DNA of 64,000 nt from Mobula hypostoma (Eukaryota), in contig NC_086097.1 of NCBI RefSeq assembly GCF_963921235.1, positions 39,310,001-39,374,000 of the forward strand, written 5' to 3'. A model generated the notes under the pieces. That model was not told the DNA's origin, did not search any database, and was given only the letters and a program-made list of their open reading frames with translations. This document shows positions 35,501-50,291 of the stretch, piece by piece. Within the stretch, counting starts at the first letter, position 1; every line of letters begins with the position of its first letter. The translations under genes were made by a program, and so were the position numbers.

Positions 35501-37419
35501 AAAACTTCCTATCCTGATGCATCACAGCTGGATTTGGCAAATGCTCTGCCCTAAATCTCAAGAAACTGCAGTTATAGACATAGCTCAGTCCATTATGAAG
35601 AGCTATCTCCTCATGGATTCTTTCTGCATTGCCCACTGCCTCGGGTAAGCAGCCAATATAATCAGATCCCTCCCCCTCTGGACATTTTCCCTTCTCTTCC
35701 ATGGGTAGAAGATAAAAAAGCTCAAAGATTGCAACACCATCTCACAATTTACCTTGTCATGGCCCTTGCAGCTTATTTCCTACCTGCTTTGCATTTTCTC
35801 TATAACTGAGACACTATATTCTGCATTTTGTTACTTTTTCCTTTTGAACTACTTGATGAACTAACATTTTGAAATTATCTGTATGGTTTTCACTATACCT
35901 CAGTGCACATGACATCAATTATACTGTAAAACTTTTTTCTTACTCATGTCCAATGCAGGGTCTCAATCTGAAATATCATCTTTTCAAACAAAAGGTGTTT
36001 GAATAGCTGAGTTCTTCCAATGTTCTGTTTTCCCCTGCTCCAGATTTCAGTATATTAAGACTATTGACTTCAGTTCCTACAGGATGTGGCCAAATGTTTT
36101 CTCCCCTCAGTTTTAGGGCCATATTAGTTGGTTTTAGTGGCTGAGTCCAAATATAGCTGTACCAGACTAGCTGTGCTTAGATGTTAATGGCTTGCCTACT
36201 TGTTTATGTCAAATCCACAAGGATGGGGGCGGGGAAGCACATGTGGCTTTTATCAGCAAGTTACAGCTTGGCATCCTCTTCAATAGTGCTTAATCTCCCT
36301 TTCTGCAAACATTTCATAATGTCATCTTCAAAGCTCCCATTGTTACCAAGCTTCATTTCAGATTTCTATCATTTGTGCAAGTCCCACTTCCTTTTTGGCA
36401 CTCAAAGGTGTCATCTATGAGCATTGCATTTGTACAACTAGCACCCTGTTGCACCCCCAGGTATTTATGACTTTAAGAGCCAAAGCCTTTCTTAGATTGA
36501 TGTGCAAGCTATCAGAAGCTGTGTTTAGCTAATTGTCGACCCTTCAGAAACTGCACAGATGCAGCTTCAATGCACACATCCAGGTGCAAATAATACTGTT
36601 TCAAATGCGCTTTTGGCCATTTTCTTCAGGAGAAACAGAAATGAATGTTAGTGCTCAGGGTGGTGATAAGCTAGTGCACCTAAATAAGGTGAAACAACTT
36701 TTGGGAAATTAGCCAATTTGCATGGGGAGCAACCAACTCTGGGTATTAACAAAACAAGCAGGCAATTAGGTGACTTTTAAATTCCATCCTTGCCTTTGAT
36801 TGTTAAGGGTTTCCCAATATGGTACTGATCCCTCACCATCACCCACTTCTCCCTATCAATCAGATACCCTGATCTTCCAACTCCTGATCCCAGGCTGTGA
36901 TATCTCAATATTCTAATGTCACCATCCGGCTCCCAAATTCAAAGGCTCAACCACTCTCCACCCGTGATTATTTTCAGATGCCACTCACTACCCTAACTAC
37001 CATCATTTGGATGCACCAAAGTTTCCAGACATTGTTTATCCAAATAGTTTCATCTTCGTTCATTTATCTACCTGGTTGAACGTTCCTGGTCTATGACACA
37101 TTTAGCTTTCCAAAATCAGTTTCCCTTAGCATAATTAGTTTCAGTTTCTCACCAAAATTACTTGCATTTAGGATCAAGGATAGCAAAGTTCACTTCCAGT
37201 GTGAAGATTAAAAAAATGAAGCCGGATACATTCTTTAAAGATTGAGGAGGTCAGATGGCACTTGTGGAACAAGAAACTAACTTCATGTTAACCATTTCTC
37301 TTTCCACAAATGCTGCCTGAGCTGCTCAGTGTTTCCAACAATTTTTATTTCACTTCTGGCCATCCTTTACTCTTTTGATACTTCTCTATGATGATACAAT
37401 TGCCAATTAAGTAATAAAG

Positions 37420-38848
37420 TATTGTCACTTGAACTGAGATAGTGAAAAACTTGTCTTGCATACTGATCAATTCATTTAAACACTGTAGTGAGGCAGTACA
37501 AAGTAAAATGATAACAGAGGAGAGAATAAAGTGTTACAGTTACAAAGAAAGAGCAGTGCAGGTAGACAATAAGGTGCAGGATCATAACAAGGTAGATTGT
37601 AATGTCCAGAGTCCAGATCATCGTACTAGGAAACTATTCAGTAGTCTTATAAGAGCAGGATAGAAGCTATCCTTGAGCGTGATGGTACGTGCTTTTAGAT
37701 CTTCTGCCAGATGGTGGTGGGGGGTGGGGTGGGTAGTGAAGAGAAGATATCCAGAGTGGCTGGGGCCTTTAATTTTGCTGGCTGCTTTACCAAGGCAGTG
37801 GGAAGTGTATACAGTATACAGAGTCCATGGAAGAGAGGCTGGTTTCTGTGATAAGCTGATCTGTGCCCACATCTCTTTGCAGTTTTTTTGCAGTCAATTG
37901 TCATACCAAGCAGTGATGTATTTGGATAGGATGCTTTCTAGGACATATTGATTAAAAAATGGTGACAGTCAAAGGGTACATACCAAATTTCTTCAGTTCT
38001 CTGAGGAATAAGAGGCACCGGGGAGCTCTCTTGGCTGTTGCGTGAACAAAGTCAGACTAGAACAGGCTATTGGTGATGTTCACTCCTAGGAATTTGAAAC
38101 TTTCAACCCTAGCACCATCAATATAAACAGGAGCATGTGCACTGCCTCTCTTCCCCAAGTCAATGACCAGCTTACTTGTTCTGCTGACATGAAGGAAAGG
38201 TTGCCGTCGTTACACTCTTCAACCCCCTCATCGTTATTTGAGACATGGCCCACTATGGTGGTACCATCTGCAAACGAGTAGATGGAGTTCCAGCGGAATC
38301 TGGTCATGCAGATACAGGGAATGGAGTAGGGGGCTGAGGACATAGCTTGGTGGGGCACCAGTGGTGAAGATAGTCATACTGGAGGCGCTGCGGCTTATCC
38401 GCACTGAATACTGTTTGTTGATCAGGAAGTCTAAGATACAGTTGAAAAGGAAGTTGCTGAGCCCCAGGTCTAGAGCATGGGAATGAGTTTGCTTGGAATT
38501 ATAGTACTGAAGGTAGATTGGAGCTACCGTCAATAAATTATAGTCTAATGCAAGTGTCTTTACTGTCCAGATGCTCCAAGATTGAATGTAGAACCTGGGA
38601 GATGGCGTCTGCTGTGACAAATTGCAGTGTAGGTTGAGGTTGTCAGGGAGGCTGGAGTTAATGCTTGCCCTGACCAGCCTCTTAAAGCACTTCATCATAG
38701 TGGATGTCGCTGGGTGGGAGTCATTAAGGTACATTACCTTGTTTTATTAGGTAGCTGGATGACAGTGGTCTTAGATCCGGTAGGCTGCTCAGATTGAAGC
38801 AGGGAGAGGTTAAAAATGTCTGCAAGTACCCTTGTCAGTTGATCATTG
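37420..38848 (-). mobile_element. Rex1/Babar-type LINE RT-to-3' fragment
   Basis: TSTMMKCFKRLV, NCILDFL, GAPPSYVLSPLL, FADGTTIVG and KDSFYPALIRLLN. Confidence 0.8.
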
Positions 38849-38849
38849 A

Positions 38850-40160
38850 GTCATAGAACACAACAGCACAGAAATAAGTCCTGCTGCCTGCCTAGTCTGT
38901 GCTGAACTATTAATCTGCCTAGTCCTATTGACCTACACCTGGACAGCTCTCCATACCTCTCCCATCCATGTACTTATCCAAATTTTTCTTAAACATTGAA
39001 ATCAAACCCAAAGCCACCACTTTTGTTGGCAGCTCGTTCTACGCTGAGTGGAGGGTCCCCCTCATGTTCTCTTTTCACCGTTAACACATGACTTCTACTT
39101 TTGGTCTCAACCGCCCTCAGTGGTAGAAGCCCACTTGTATTTACCCTATCTATATCCTTCATAATCTTTATACTTCTATCAAATCTCCCCTCATTCTCCT
39201 ATGCTCTAGGAAATAAAACCATTCCTAAACTATCCAACCTTTCCCTATAACTTAGGTCCTCAGGTCCTGGAAACATCCTTGTAAATTTTCTCTACACTTT
39301 CAGACTTATTGATATCTTTTCTGTAGGTAGGTAACCAGAACTTTACACAATACTCCAACATCTTATACAAATTTGACATAACATCCCAACTCCTGTATGC
39401 AACACTTTGATTTACGAAGGCCAATGTGCCAAAAGATCTCTTTACGACCCTATCAACTTGTGACGTCATCTTCAATGAATTATGAATCTGTATTCCCAGA
39501 TTCCTCTGTTCTACTGAACTTCTGTGCTCTACCACTCACTGTGCAACTCCTCACACTTGTCTGCATTAAATTCCATTTGCCAATTTTTTTGAGATGGTCC
39601 AGATCCTGCTGCAAGCTTTGATCGTCTTCCTCGCTGTCCACTACACCACCAATCTTGGTGTCATCTGCAGATTTGCTGATCCAGTTTACCACATTATCAT
39701 CCAGATCATTGATATAGATGACAAAAAACAACGGACCCACCACCTGTCCCTGAGGCAAACCACTGTCACAAGCCTCCTCTCAGAGGCCTACCACTCCCAC
39801 GAAACCAACATCTGATTCAATTTACTACCTCACCCCAAGTGCGAAGTAAATGAACCTTTTGACCAACCTCCCTTGAGCGACCTTGCTGAAGTCCATGTCA
39901 ACAACATCTACCGCCTTGCCTTTATCAATTTCCCTGGTAATTTCCTTGAAAAACTATCAGATTGGTTAGACATGGCCTAGCACATTGACTATCCCCAACC
40001 AGTCCCTGAACATCCAAATACTTGTACATTTGATCCCTTAGAATATCTTCCAATACCCACTACTGATGTCAGGCTCACTGGCTTATAATTTCCTAGCATA
40101 ATTTTAAAGCCTTCCTTAAACCATTGCCAAGGATGTTTTAAATATCTCTGCCAGGGCCCC
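38850..40160 (-). mobile_element. CR1 LINE 3' fragment
   Basis: PQGQVVGPLFFVIYINDLD and KSADDTKIGG; CR1 tail. Confidence 0.85.
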
Positions 40161-43026
40161 TAAAAAAGTGCAGGATCTAAGACACAGAATGCCATGAAGA
40201 TTCGCCATTCAGAAGACTGATCTTCGAGTCACGTTATTTATTATATACTCTGACTGCATTCAAGAGGCCCTTATATTCTCTACAATGTTTGTAGCCCTTG
40301 ATCTAGTTAATCTCTTCTAATACCATCATCACAAGATGTAGAATTGTCTATATTAGTAAGGGTGGAAATATTTTTCCTGAGAATGGATGATTCAAAGTTT
40401 TAGCGCTGATTCCTTCAGATGACAATGGCTATCCACAGCAGCAGCTTAACTTCCCTCCTTGGTCATGTTCTGCCTATAACCACTCATTTTCCACCAAAAG
40501 TCTCATTCTCTGCTTTTTTAGTTCGCTACATATTTCCAATAGTGGTAATCAAAATCTCCCTGAATTGTATGTCAATGCATTTCTCTTAAAGAGCCAATTT
40601 AAACCCCTTTTCTTAAGTAATATGATCTCAATCCACATTGTTCTTTGTCTCCAAATGACTGGTAGCTGCTCTGCGTCTACCTGCACTACTCAGTGCTCTC
40701 TCTTTGCATAAAAAGGAATATAGATTGAGACCAGCTTCTGCTATATAACCAAGATTATGAACTGCATCCAGCATATTTATTGAATGGCTAGATTAACATT
40801 TAAACACAACCAAAGTTCTGATGTACAGGTAGAGTGTGCAATTAGACAACAGGAAAATATCACACTATTAAAATCGATTAAAAGAATATTGATTATTCTA
40901 CATTTATTGCAGAAGTACAAAAATATACAGAGAAACTACTGACAAACACAGTACTTATGAGGACTTATGAAAAACTGGCAGGATTCCTATACCTTAACAG
41001 AAGCACATGTTGTAAATAGGCTGCTTGAATGTACATAATAGTTCCTTTCCTCAAATTCAAGAATCTCTTTCAAAGATAAACCAAGCTTTTAGGATGAGCT
41101 GACGAAGATGAATAACCAAAAGTAGTCTTTATTTCAATGCCAAAATGGAAAAGAACAGCAATCAAACTACCACTTTTGCAATGATCAGGGTATTTTCTTC
41201 TGGGCTGAATGAAATTATTTCACATTCTGGTGGATAGGATCAGAGTACATATTTGCTTAGACCAATTCTCTACATTTCAATTCTGGAAATTACAAACATA
41301 TATTTGGCAAATATAAAAAATAGCTTGCAAAAGAAATTTTACAACCATGTACCTTACCTGGTGTATCCAAGCAAAGATTCCTAGTCCACCATTTGTATTT
41401 CAGTGTAGCATTACCTCCTTATGAAAACAAATAAATTGGAAACAAGTAAAAATATTTATATTCCAGTTTCTGAATCAAGCAGAGCCCAATTTGGATTAGT
41501 TAATTATAAGCTAGTTCCCACTTCTGATCTCTGCATTGAAATTATTTGGTTTTTACCCCTTTTACTTGAGAGGAAAAATAGAGCAGTTCTTCTCTTTCAA
41601 TAATCCTAAATCCCAATAAACAGATATCCATTCATTTACCCTCTAAAGACATAATTCCCAGATTCCTAACAAGCTTTTACAGTTAATGTTAGTGATTTGC
41701 CCAGATTCTACATGGATATAGCAGCGTTAAATTGGCTGAATTAATTCAGGGTGCCTTATATGAAAGAAGTTTAAGCACAATAGTTAAAGTGAAATGCATT
41801 TACTATTGCTGTGCTAATTTAAAGCCTATTTCTAACTATGTTGGCTAAATTATTTTGCGCTTTCTTGGAATAGTAGGACATTAAAAGAACAATCCTTAAA
41901 ACTAGTTTTAACTGTTTTGATAAGAGATGACCAGAATATCCTAAGGTAGTTTCTAACTTTATAGCGTCATTTGTTCAAAATTTGATATATATTTACATTT
42001 TCCACATAGTTATGCCTTATAGCATTTCTAGCAAAGAGAGGCTAAACGTGCTTTAATTCCCCTCAGGGAGTACTTTAGAGCAATTTTGTTAACTGAAAAT
42101 TGTTGCTTGGTATTTGATGGCAGCCTTCCAGTGACAGTAACATTCAGTAAATGGTGAAAAGTGTTGTACATTGTGAAGACATATGATGAATATTTCAGTC
42201 CTTTGTGCTATATGATAGCCTCTTGTGGGTGTGTCATTCATGTTTCACGTACCGCATTTTCCAGAAGTGCGTTAAGAAGCAAAACAGTAAATTATTTTAA
42301 TAATCGGTTGTTTCAAATTAATTTGAATAAAAAGCAAGGACTACCTTTTCATTAGAAACCTTCCTCTCAAATAACTAACTCCATTAAGTTTTTGCATACC
42401 AAACCATGAATAAAAAGAGCAATGAAAAGTATTTAAAACAACTAACTTCAATTTCTCTTGCACAATGAATGAAAACAAAAAATAACTTGAGAAGCTGTAC
42501 GTCCCTCTATTCAACTATCTGCATTCTGTTATTGTGGTAGAAATACTGCAGCTTGTTCCTATATGTTTCTTTACCTACATGTCATATATTTTCAGCACAC
42601 TCATATTCAGTCACGTTAACAAGTTAAACCTCCAGGCTGCAGTAACAGTTCATCAAATAATATATTACAAGAGTAGGCCACAAATTCTAATTAATGTAGA
42701 GTTATCCCAATAATTAGCACACTAATGGAATATTGAAACAAAAAAAAATAAAAGCAATCAAGATAGATAAATCAGAAACAGTACAAGCTTAGGAACAAGT
42801 GCTATATTGGAGAGAATATCATTCATCATTTATAACAAACATTACAAAACACTTAAAATTTGATGGTTGAGTTTATACATTTTATATACATTTTCACTAT
42901 TTAAAAACCATTAACAGAAGGAACCACAACTCAAATTCCAGTATTCAAATAACACTACATTTCAGAGTCCTATCAACAAAGTAGCTACTCTGAGTTCAGG
43001 TATTTTAACTTTCTATAAAATAAGAT

Positions 43027-43130
43027 CTATTCCGAATTTGAAAAGTAATAATCTTCATCCTCTTTGTCATCATCTGATTGAACGGTTTTTCTATCTTGGA
43101 ATAGCTTCGTTATATTGCCTTTCTGTTGGC
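43027..43130 (-). CDS. MIS18BP1: MIS18BP1 terminal coding exon (GQQKGNITKLFQDRKTVQSDDDKEDEDYYFSNSE*)
   Basis: TTTTTCAG| acceptor, TAG stop ending at 43027; matches the human end EEEKDYYFSNSDSA. Confidence 0.92.
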
Positions 43131-43461
43131 CTGAAAAATATAAAGCTTTAAGTTACATACAGCATATCACTGCAAATTGACTAAAAATTAGATGTGTAGG
43201 TTGGTGTACATTTTCCTTATTAGTTTAGATAGCATTTCAAGCAATGCCCAAGTTGTCATTGCTGTCCTTTCATGTTGCTGGGGATAAGAATCCTGATTTA
43301 CTATAAGATTGTATGAATCATAATGTTTTAAATAAAACCAGTAAGCCAACAAACATTTGGACCAAGACTGCAAACTCCAGGAGCGTCATTTTCAAATTAG
43401 AGCAGAAGACTAGACTGATGTCATTGATGGTATGCACAGTGATATTAAATAATGTTGTTCT

Positions 43462-43935
43462 CAGACATACCACCCTGCAAAAACTCATTTCAGGGAAGTA
43501 GCACCATCAATTTGCGGGAGACTCCCGGAACTTCCGGGAGAGGTGGGATGTCTGCAACAGGGTAGCTCCTGAGCAGCTGGCCAGCTAGTTTAAATAACAT
43601 TAGCTATGCTAATGAACGATTGACACCTGTTAAACTCACCCCAACATGTCTATTACAGTCTTAACCCACCATGGGCAATAGAAAAGTCACTGTTGCAAAC
43701 AGTGCAGCAAGGAACACTGTCATTATTTTTGACCCCTATTAGGCAGGGGTACACTTTAGTGTAGTCTGGGGTGATGTACATTTTATATTTTCTTTTTTTG
43801 GAACACTCTGCCATGGCGTGCTCTCGCTCTCAAAAAAATTGATTTCCAGGATATTGTATATAATTTGCGGGCATCAGGGAGCCACTATTAATATGCGGGA
43901 GACTCCCGGAACTTCCGGGAGAGGTGGGATGTCTG
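43462..43935. mobile_element. Non-autonomous DNA transposon (MITE, probably hAT-like) with a 6-bp TSD
   Basis: TIRs CAGACATACCACC / GGTGGGATGTCTG; TGTTCT at 43456-43461 and 43936-43941; exact 42-bp internal copy of the right end at 43513-43554. Confidence 0.75.
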
Positions 43936-44165
43936 TGTTCTGAAGAAGGATCAGCAGTTCAAAAACATTGAACTCTTTTCTTGTAGGTGCTGCTGACCCA
44001 TTGCAGATATTTTCTGGTTTTTAATGTTGCATTTGATGTTTGGTATGTTCAATGATGTTGACCAATATATAAGGTTACTTTGATACCACTTGGGCAAAAC
44101 ATGTATGCAAGGTCTACACTCCATCAGAACTGCTGCGGGAGTGCATCAAATGTTCATCTTCCTCC

Positions 44166-45076
44166 TGTGACGAAAGAGGGTGACAAAAGTACACATAGAC
44201 TAAGATGTAAACTGTCCTGTGCTATCACCAGTGGGATCAACAGTTGATCTGCCACCTGTCTTCAGGAGAGAGAGATAAGTAAGACAATGGAGCAGCATTT
44301 GGAAATGTTAATGAGGAGACGAGAGAGATTAATGGAAGGAAGACACCGGTCTGAGTATTGTCAAGACCGGCTCCTTAGAACCCTGAACTGTTTGAAGTGA
44401 TGGACAGGCGATACCCCAACAGGGGGGATGAAAAGGGACAGGTTCGCTAAGGCAACAGACACCACACAAGACACCACTCATGACACCACGAGGTAACGAG
44501 ACCCTGGAAGCGGTGCGCCCCCACAAGTCGGTGGGAGTTTTGGAGGGCTGGTCGCGGGACCAGCCATAGACGCACAGGATGGAAAGATACGGTCGGCGGG
44601 AACCTGGTGTGTGTGTCCACCCTTGCCTGGGTGCTGGGTTCACCGCAGAGGAACGATCGTATCTGGAACGGAGGGGTCACAGTCGGTGACCTCAGAAGAC
44701 ATTATAAAGGGCTCGCCTGAAAGCTAACTGCGAGGAATATCAAAGGTCTGTTGAATCCGATTCGAATATCAGCATTCGCTCTCTCTCTCTCTTCAACGGC
44801 ACAACAGCGATTACTGCGAACTGAACTAAACTGAACTCTGTCACTTGTGATTGAACATCTTACCCCTAGACTGCGATAGAGCTTGATTGATCCTATTATC
44901 CTAGTTCTGTGTACATGTGTGTTTATTCAGTGCTAACCTGTTGCATTTATATCCTTGCTATTAGAGTACTGTGTTGCTTATTTCTTTAATAAAACTTTCT
45001 TAGTTCCAGTAATCCAGACTCCAACTGAGTGATCCATTTCTGCTGGTTTGGCAACCCAGTTACGGGGTACGTAACA
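44166..45076 (+). mobile_element. Solo LTR (family A), 4-bp TSD CTCC, in the last MIS18BP1 intron
   Basis: TGT...ACA; CTCC at 44162-44165 and 45077-45080; homologous to 14905-15736. Confidence 0.9.
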
Positions 45077-45439
45077 CTCCAAGAAGGCATCTTCTGCATC
45101 TTGCCATTATTATTGATTGTACGATTTTGCATGTATTAGTGGCAAGGTTCCAAACACCATCAGCAGAATCTGCTCAGAGGTCCCCACCTGACTATCCAGT
45201 CATCTGTCTGACCAATCCCACCACACAAATTTCTGTCTGTGAAAAAAAGTGTTGCCCAGTCTCCTTACTATTAACAATGCTTCTCATGGGGTGTCACCTG
45301 CCAACCCACTCTACAATTACTTCCTGTGTGATGCTCTCTTTTGAAACATACAGTCCAGAAAATTAAGAGCAGGCCATTCAGTCTTACAAGACTGATCCAC
45401 CATTGAATAGGATCACAGCTGATCTTCTTTCAATGCTAT

Positions 45440-46225
45440 GTTCTTGATCAATAGGAAAAATAGTGCCGACTATTATCTAAATGGGGAGGAGGTTCAAGCA
45501 TCAGAGGTGCAGAAGGACTTAGGAGTCCTCATGCAAGACTCCCAGGAGGCTAATTTACAAGTTAAGTTTGTGGTAAAGAAGGCAAATGCAATGTTGGCAT
45601 TTATTTCAAGTGGAATAGAATATAAAAGCAAGGAGATAATACTGATTCTTTGTAAGACACTAGTCAGGCCTACTTGGAGTACCGTCAACAGTTTTGGGCC
45701 CCATATCTCAGAACCAATGTGTTGTCATTGGGGAGAGTCCAGAGCAGGTTCACGAGGATGATTCTGGGAATGAAGGGGGTTTACATATGAGGAGTGTTTG
45801 GCAGCTTTGGACCGGTACTCACTGGAATTTAGAAGAATGCAGGGGGAGGGGGTGGTGGGGGGGAATCTCATTGAAACTTACTCAATGTTGAAAGGACTGT
45901 TTCCTCTGGTGAAGGTATCCAGAACTAGAGGGCATAGCCTTAAAATTGAGGGATGACCCTTTAGAACAGAGGTAAGGAGGAATTTTTTTAGCCAGAGGGT
46001 AGTGAATCTGTGGAATGCTCTGATGGACTATGATGGAGGCCAAGTCTGTGGGTATATTAAAGGCAGAAGTTGATTGTTTCCTGATCGATCAGGGCATCAA
46101 AAGATATGGTGAGAAGGCAGGTGTTTGGGGTTGAGTGGGATCCGGGATTAGCCATGATGGAATGGCAGAGCAGACTCAATGGGCTGAATAGCCTAATTCT
46201 GCTCCAATGTCTTATGGTCTTATGC
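45440..46225 (+). mobile_element. CR1 3' fragment
   Basis: QKDLGVL and VKKANAMLAFI; tail TCTTATGGTCTTATG. Confidence 0.85.
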
Positions 46226-46473
46226 AGTTTGGTCTAAGTATAATTTCGGATCCACAGCAATGGTTTGCACTCAATTACCCAATGAAATAATTGAACCAGC
46301 TGCTTTGTTTAGATAGCAAAGAAGTCAATATTGGCCCTGCTGCCATTTTGGTATTCTACTAAAAATTCAAAACCACTTCTTGGTCCAAAGGCAAAATTTA
46401 CCTTTGCATTTAGTTTACTAACATGTGGGATAAAATTGAAATGATAAAATCTTTAAAAATGCAGTATTCTTAC

Positions 46474-46528
46474 CTTCTGTTACCCGTGATGATTTAAATC
46501 TGTATGGTGTCATTAAAAATGTTTGTTT
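46474..46528 (-). CDS. MIS18BP1: MIS18BP1 penultimate exon (KQTFLMTPYRFKSSRVTE)
   Basis: TTTCAG| and |GTAAGA; 55 bp, phase 0 to 1, bridging the neighbouring exons in frame. Confidence 0.8.
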
Positions 46529-46614
46529 CTGAAATAAGAATAATAAGAAATTGAGTTTTTGAGCTGTATGCATTTTAAACATTTACATGCAAAATTTAGT
46601 TATTTGCTTCCTAC

Positions 46615-46693
46615 CGATTTCTTCTTGACTTTGGACCAGTTCTTCGTTTTGGATTTTTTTTGTAATTGATACACATATTTGTCATTACTTGCA
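46615..46693 (-). CDS. MIS18BP1: MIS18BP1 exon (ASNDKYVYQLQKKSKTKNWSKVKKKS)
   Basis: GTTACAG| and |GTAGGA; 79 bp; aligns to human DCDKYVFRMQK...WGNIKKK. Confidence 0.9.
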
Positions 46694-47319
46694 CTGTAAC
46701 ATATAATAAACGTTATTCAAAATATGGTATATATCATACTTTGAAAGTATGCAGTTATCAAAACACGTGTTTATAATTCAAAATGATGAAAACTAATCTA
46801 TAGAATATGAATTTTTCACATTTTCATGACAATTTCTTGATTGCTTAAAATAATAAAATTAGCAAAGCCTCATGTGCTCATGTTAAAACCTACATATGAA
46901 CGAATATCAAAGTCAACAAAACTGGAGGAGAAATGAAAAAATGGTTGGCATAGGATAAAAAGATTAGAACATTGAAAAAATAAGAAATTGTCTCTTTTAA
47001 CTCCACCATTCAATTATTGTGGCTGATCATCCAAATTCCCGACCTTGTTAATTGTTTTCTCTCCATATCTTTTAATCTCCTCAGCCATTAGAACAACCTC
47101 TAACGACATCTTAACTGCATCCAATGGTTAAGAATTGTGTAGCTTTACCTTTCTTTGCCCGAAGAAATTAAATCCCTAAATTTCTTACTTCATAACTATA
47201 GACTGCAACCCCAAGTTCCCAACACAGGAATATACTTTCTAAATTTAGTCTATCCAGTCCATATATGTTTCAGTGAAATTCCCTCTCATTCTTCTAAGAT
47301 GCTGCAAATGCAGTGAAAG

Positions 47320-48045
47320 ACCACACCATAGACGACAACGATGAAGCTTAAAGGAGTGAGATAGATTGGCTGGTTGAGTGGTGTTGCAACCTCTCACTCA
47401 GTATCAGCAAGATCATTGTGCACAATTGTGCACTTTAGGAAGGGGAAGTCGGGAGAACACACACCTATCCTTGTTGAGGGGCAGCAGCAGAAAGAGTGTG
47501 CAGCTTCAAATTGCTGTGCATCAGCATTGCAGAGGACCTAATATGGCCTCCAGCAACTGTGCTTCATTAGGAGTTAGAAGAGATTTGGTATGTTACCAAA
47601 GACTTTAGCAAGTTGCTACTGATATACAGTGGACAGCATTCTGACTGGCTGCATCAGAGCCTGGTACGGAGTATCATTGCATAGGATTGCAACAGGCTGC
47701 AGATGGTTACACACACAGCCATTGCCATCACAGGCACAACCCTCCATCCTATCATGGACATCTTCAAGAGCTGGTGTCTCAAGAGGGTGACACTCATCAT
47801 TAAAGAGCCTCACCCTCTGTGTCATGGTACTATCATCGGGGAGGGGGTACAGGAGCCTGAAGACCTGCACTCAATGTTTTTAGGAACTGTTTCTTTCCTT
47901 CTGCCATCAGACTTCAGAACAATTCATGTACGAATGAACAATGATTTGTTATTCATCTTTTATGGTATTTATTTACTTTGGCAACTTACAGTAACTTTTA
48001 TGTCTTGTACTGTCCACATGTCAATGATAATAAACCTAATTCTAA
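47320..48045 (+). mobile_element. Rex1/Babar-type 3' fragment (old)
   Basis: AGCATTCTGACTGGCTGCATC motif shared with 8525-8545; AATAAACCTAATTCT tail. Confidence 0.7.
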
Positions 48046-48109
48046 GTCTCAGCACCTTGAGCTCAGTCTGCTGTTGAATATTATGGTTCCCTTAGCATTA
48101 TTGATATTA

Positions 48110-48368
48110 AGTAAGGTCGAGCCCCAGCCAAGGCAGCGTGTTGTGTCCTTGAGCAAGGCACTTAATCACACATTGCTCTGCGATGACACTGGTGCCAAGC
48201 TGTATCGGCCCTTGCCCTTCCCTTGGACAACATCGGTGTCGTGGAGAGGGGAGACTTGCAGCATGGGCAACTGCCGGTCTTCCATACAACCTTGCCCAGG
48301 CCTGCGCCCTGGAGAGTGAAGACTTTCCAGGCACAGATCCATGGTCTCGCAAGACTAACAGATGCCTT
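48110..48368 (+). mobile_element. Probable SINE
   Basis: GTGTCCTTGAGCAAGGCACTTAA core typical of vertebrate tRNA-SINEs; short and GC-rich. Confidence 0.5.
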
Positions 48369-48651
48369 ATTAAATAAGATGAATGGCTCAGAATCCAAAG
48401 TCTCAAGGCTGGGATTAAAAGAAATCTCCATTTTAAATGGTGAATTACAGAGACAATACCTCCTCGTTTTAGGTTCTCCTACTAAAAGAAACTGCAAATA
48501 GACATCTCATCCATCAATCCTTTTCTTGTATGTCTCCATCTGATTATCGCCTGTTTTATAAACACTCATGAACATAAAAAATATAGCACAAAAACAGGCC
48601 CATTGGCCCCAAAATGTCTGTGCTGACCCTAATGCTAAGTTAATCCACATA

Positions 48652-50291
<1,640 letters not shown>

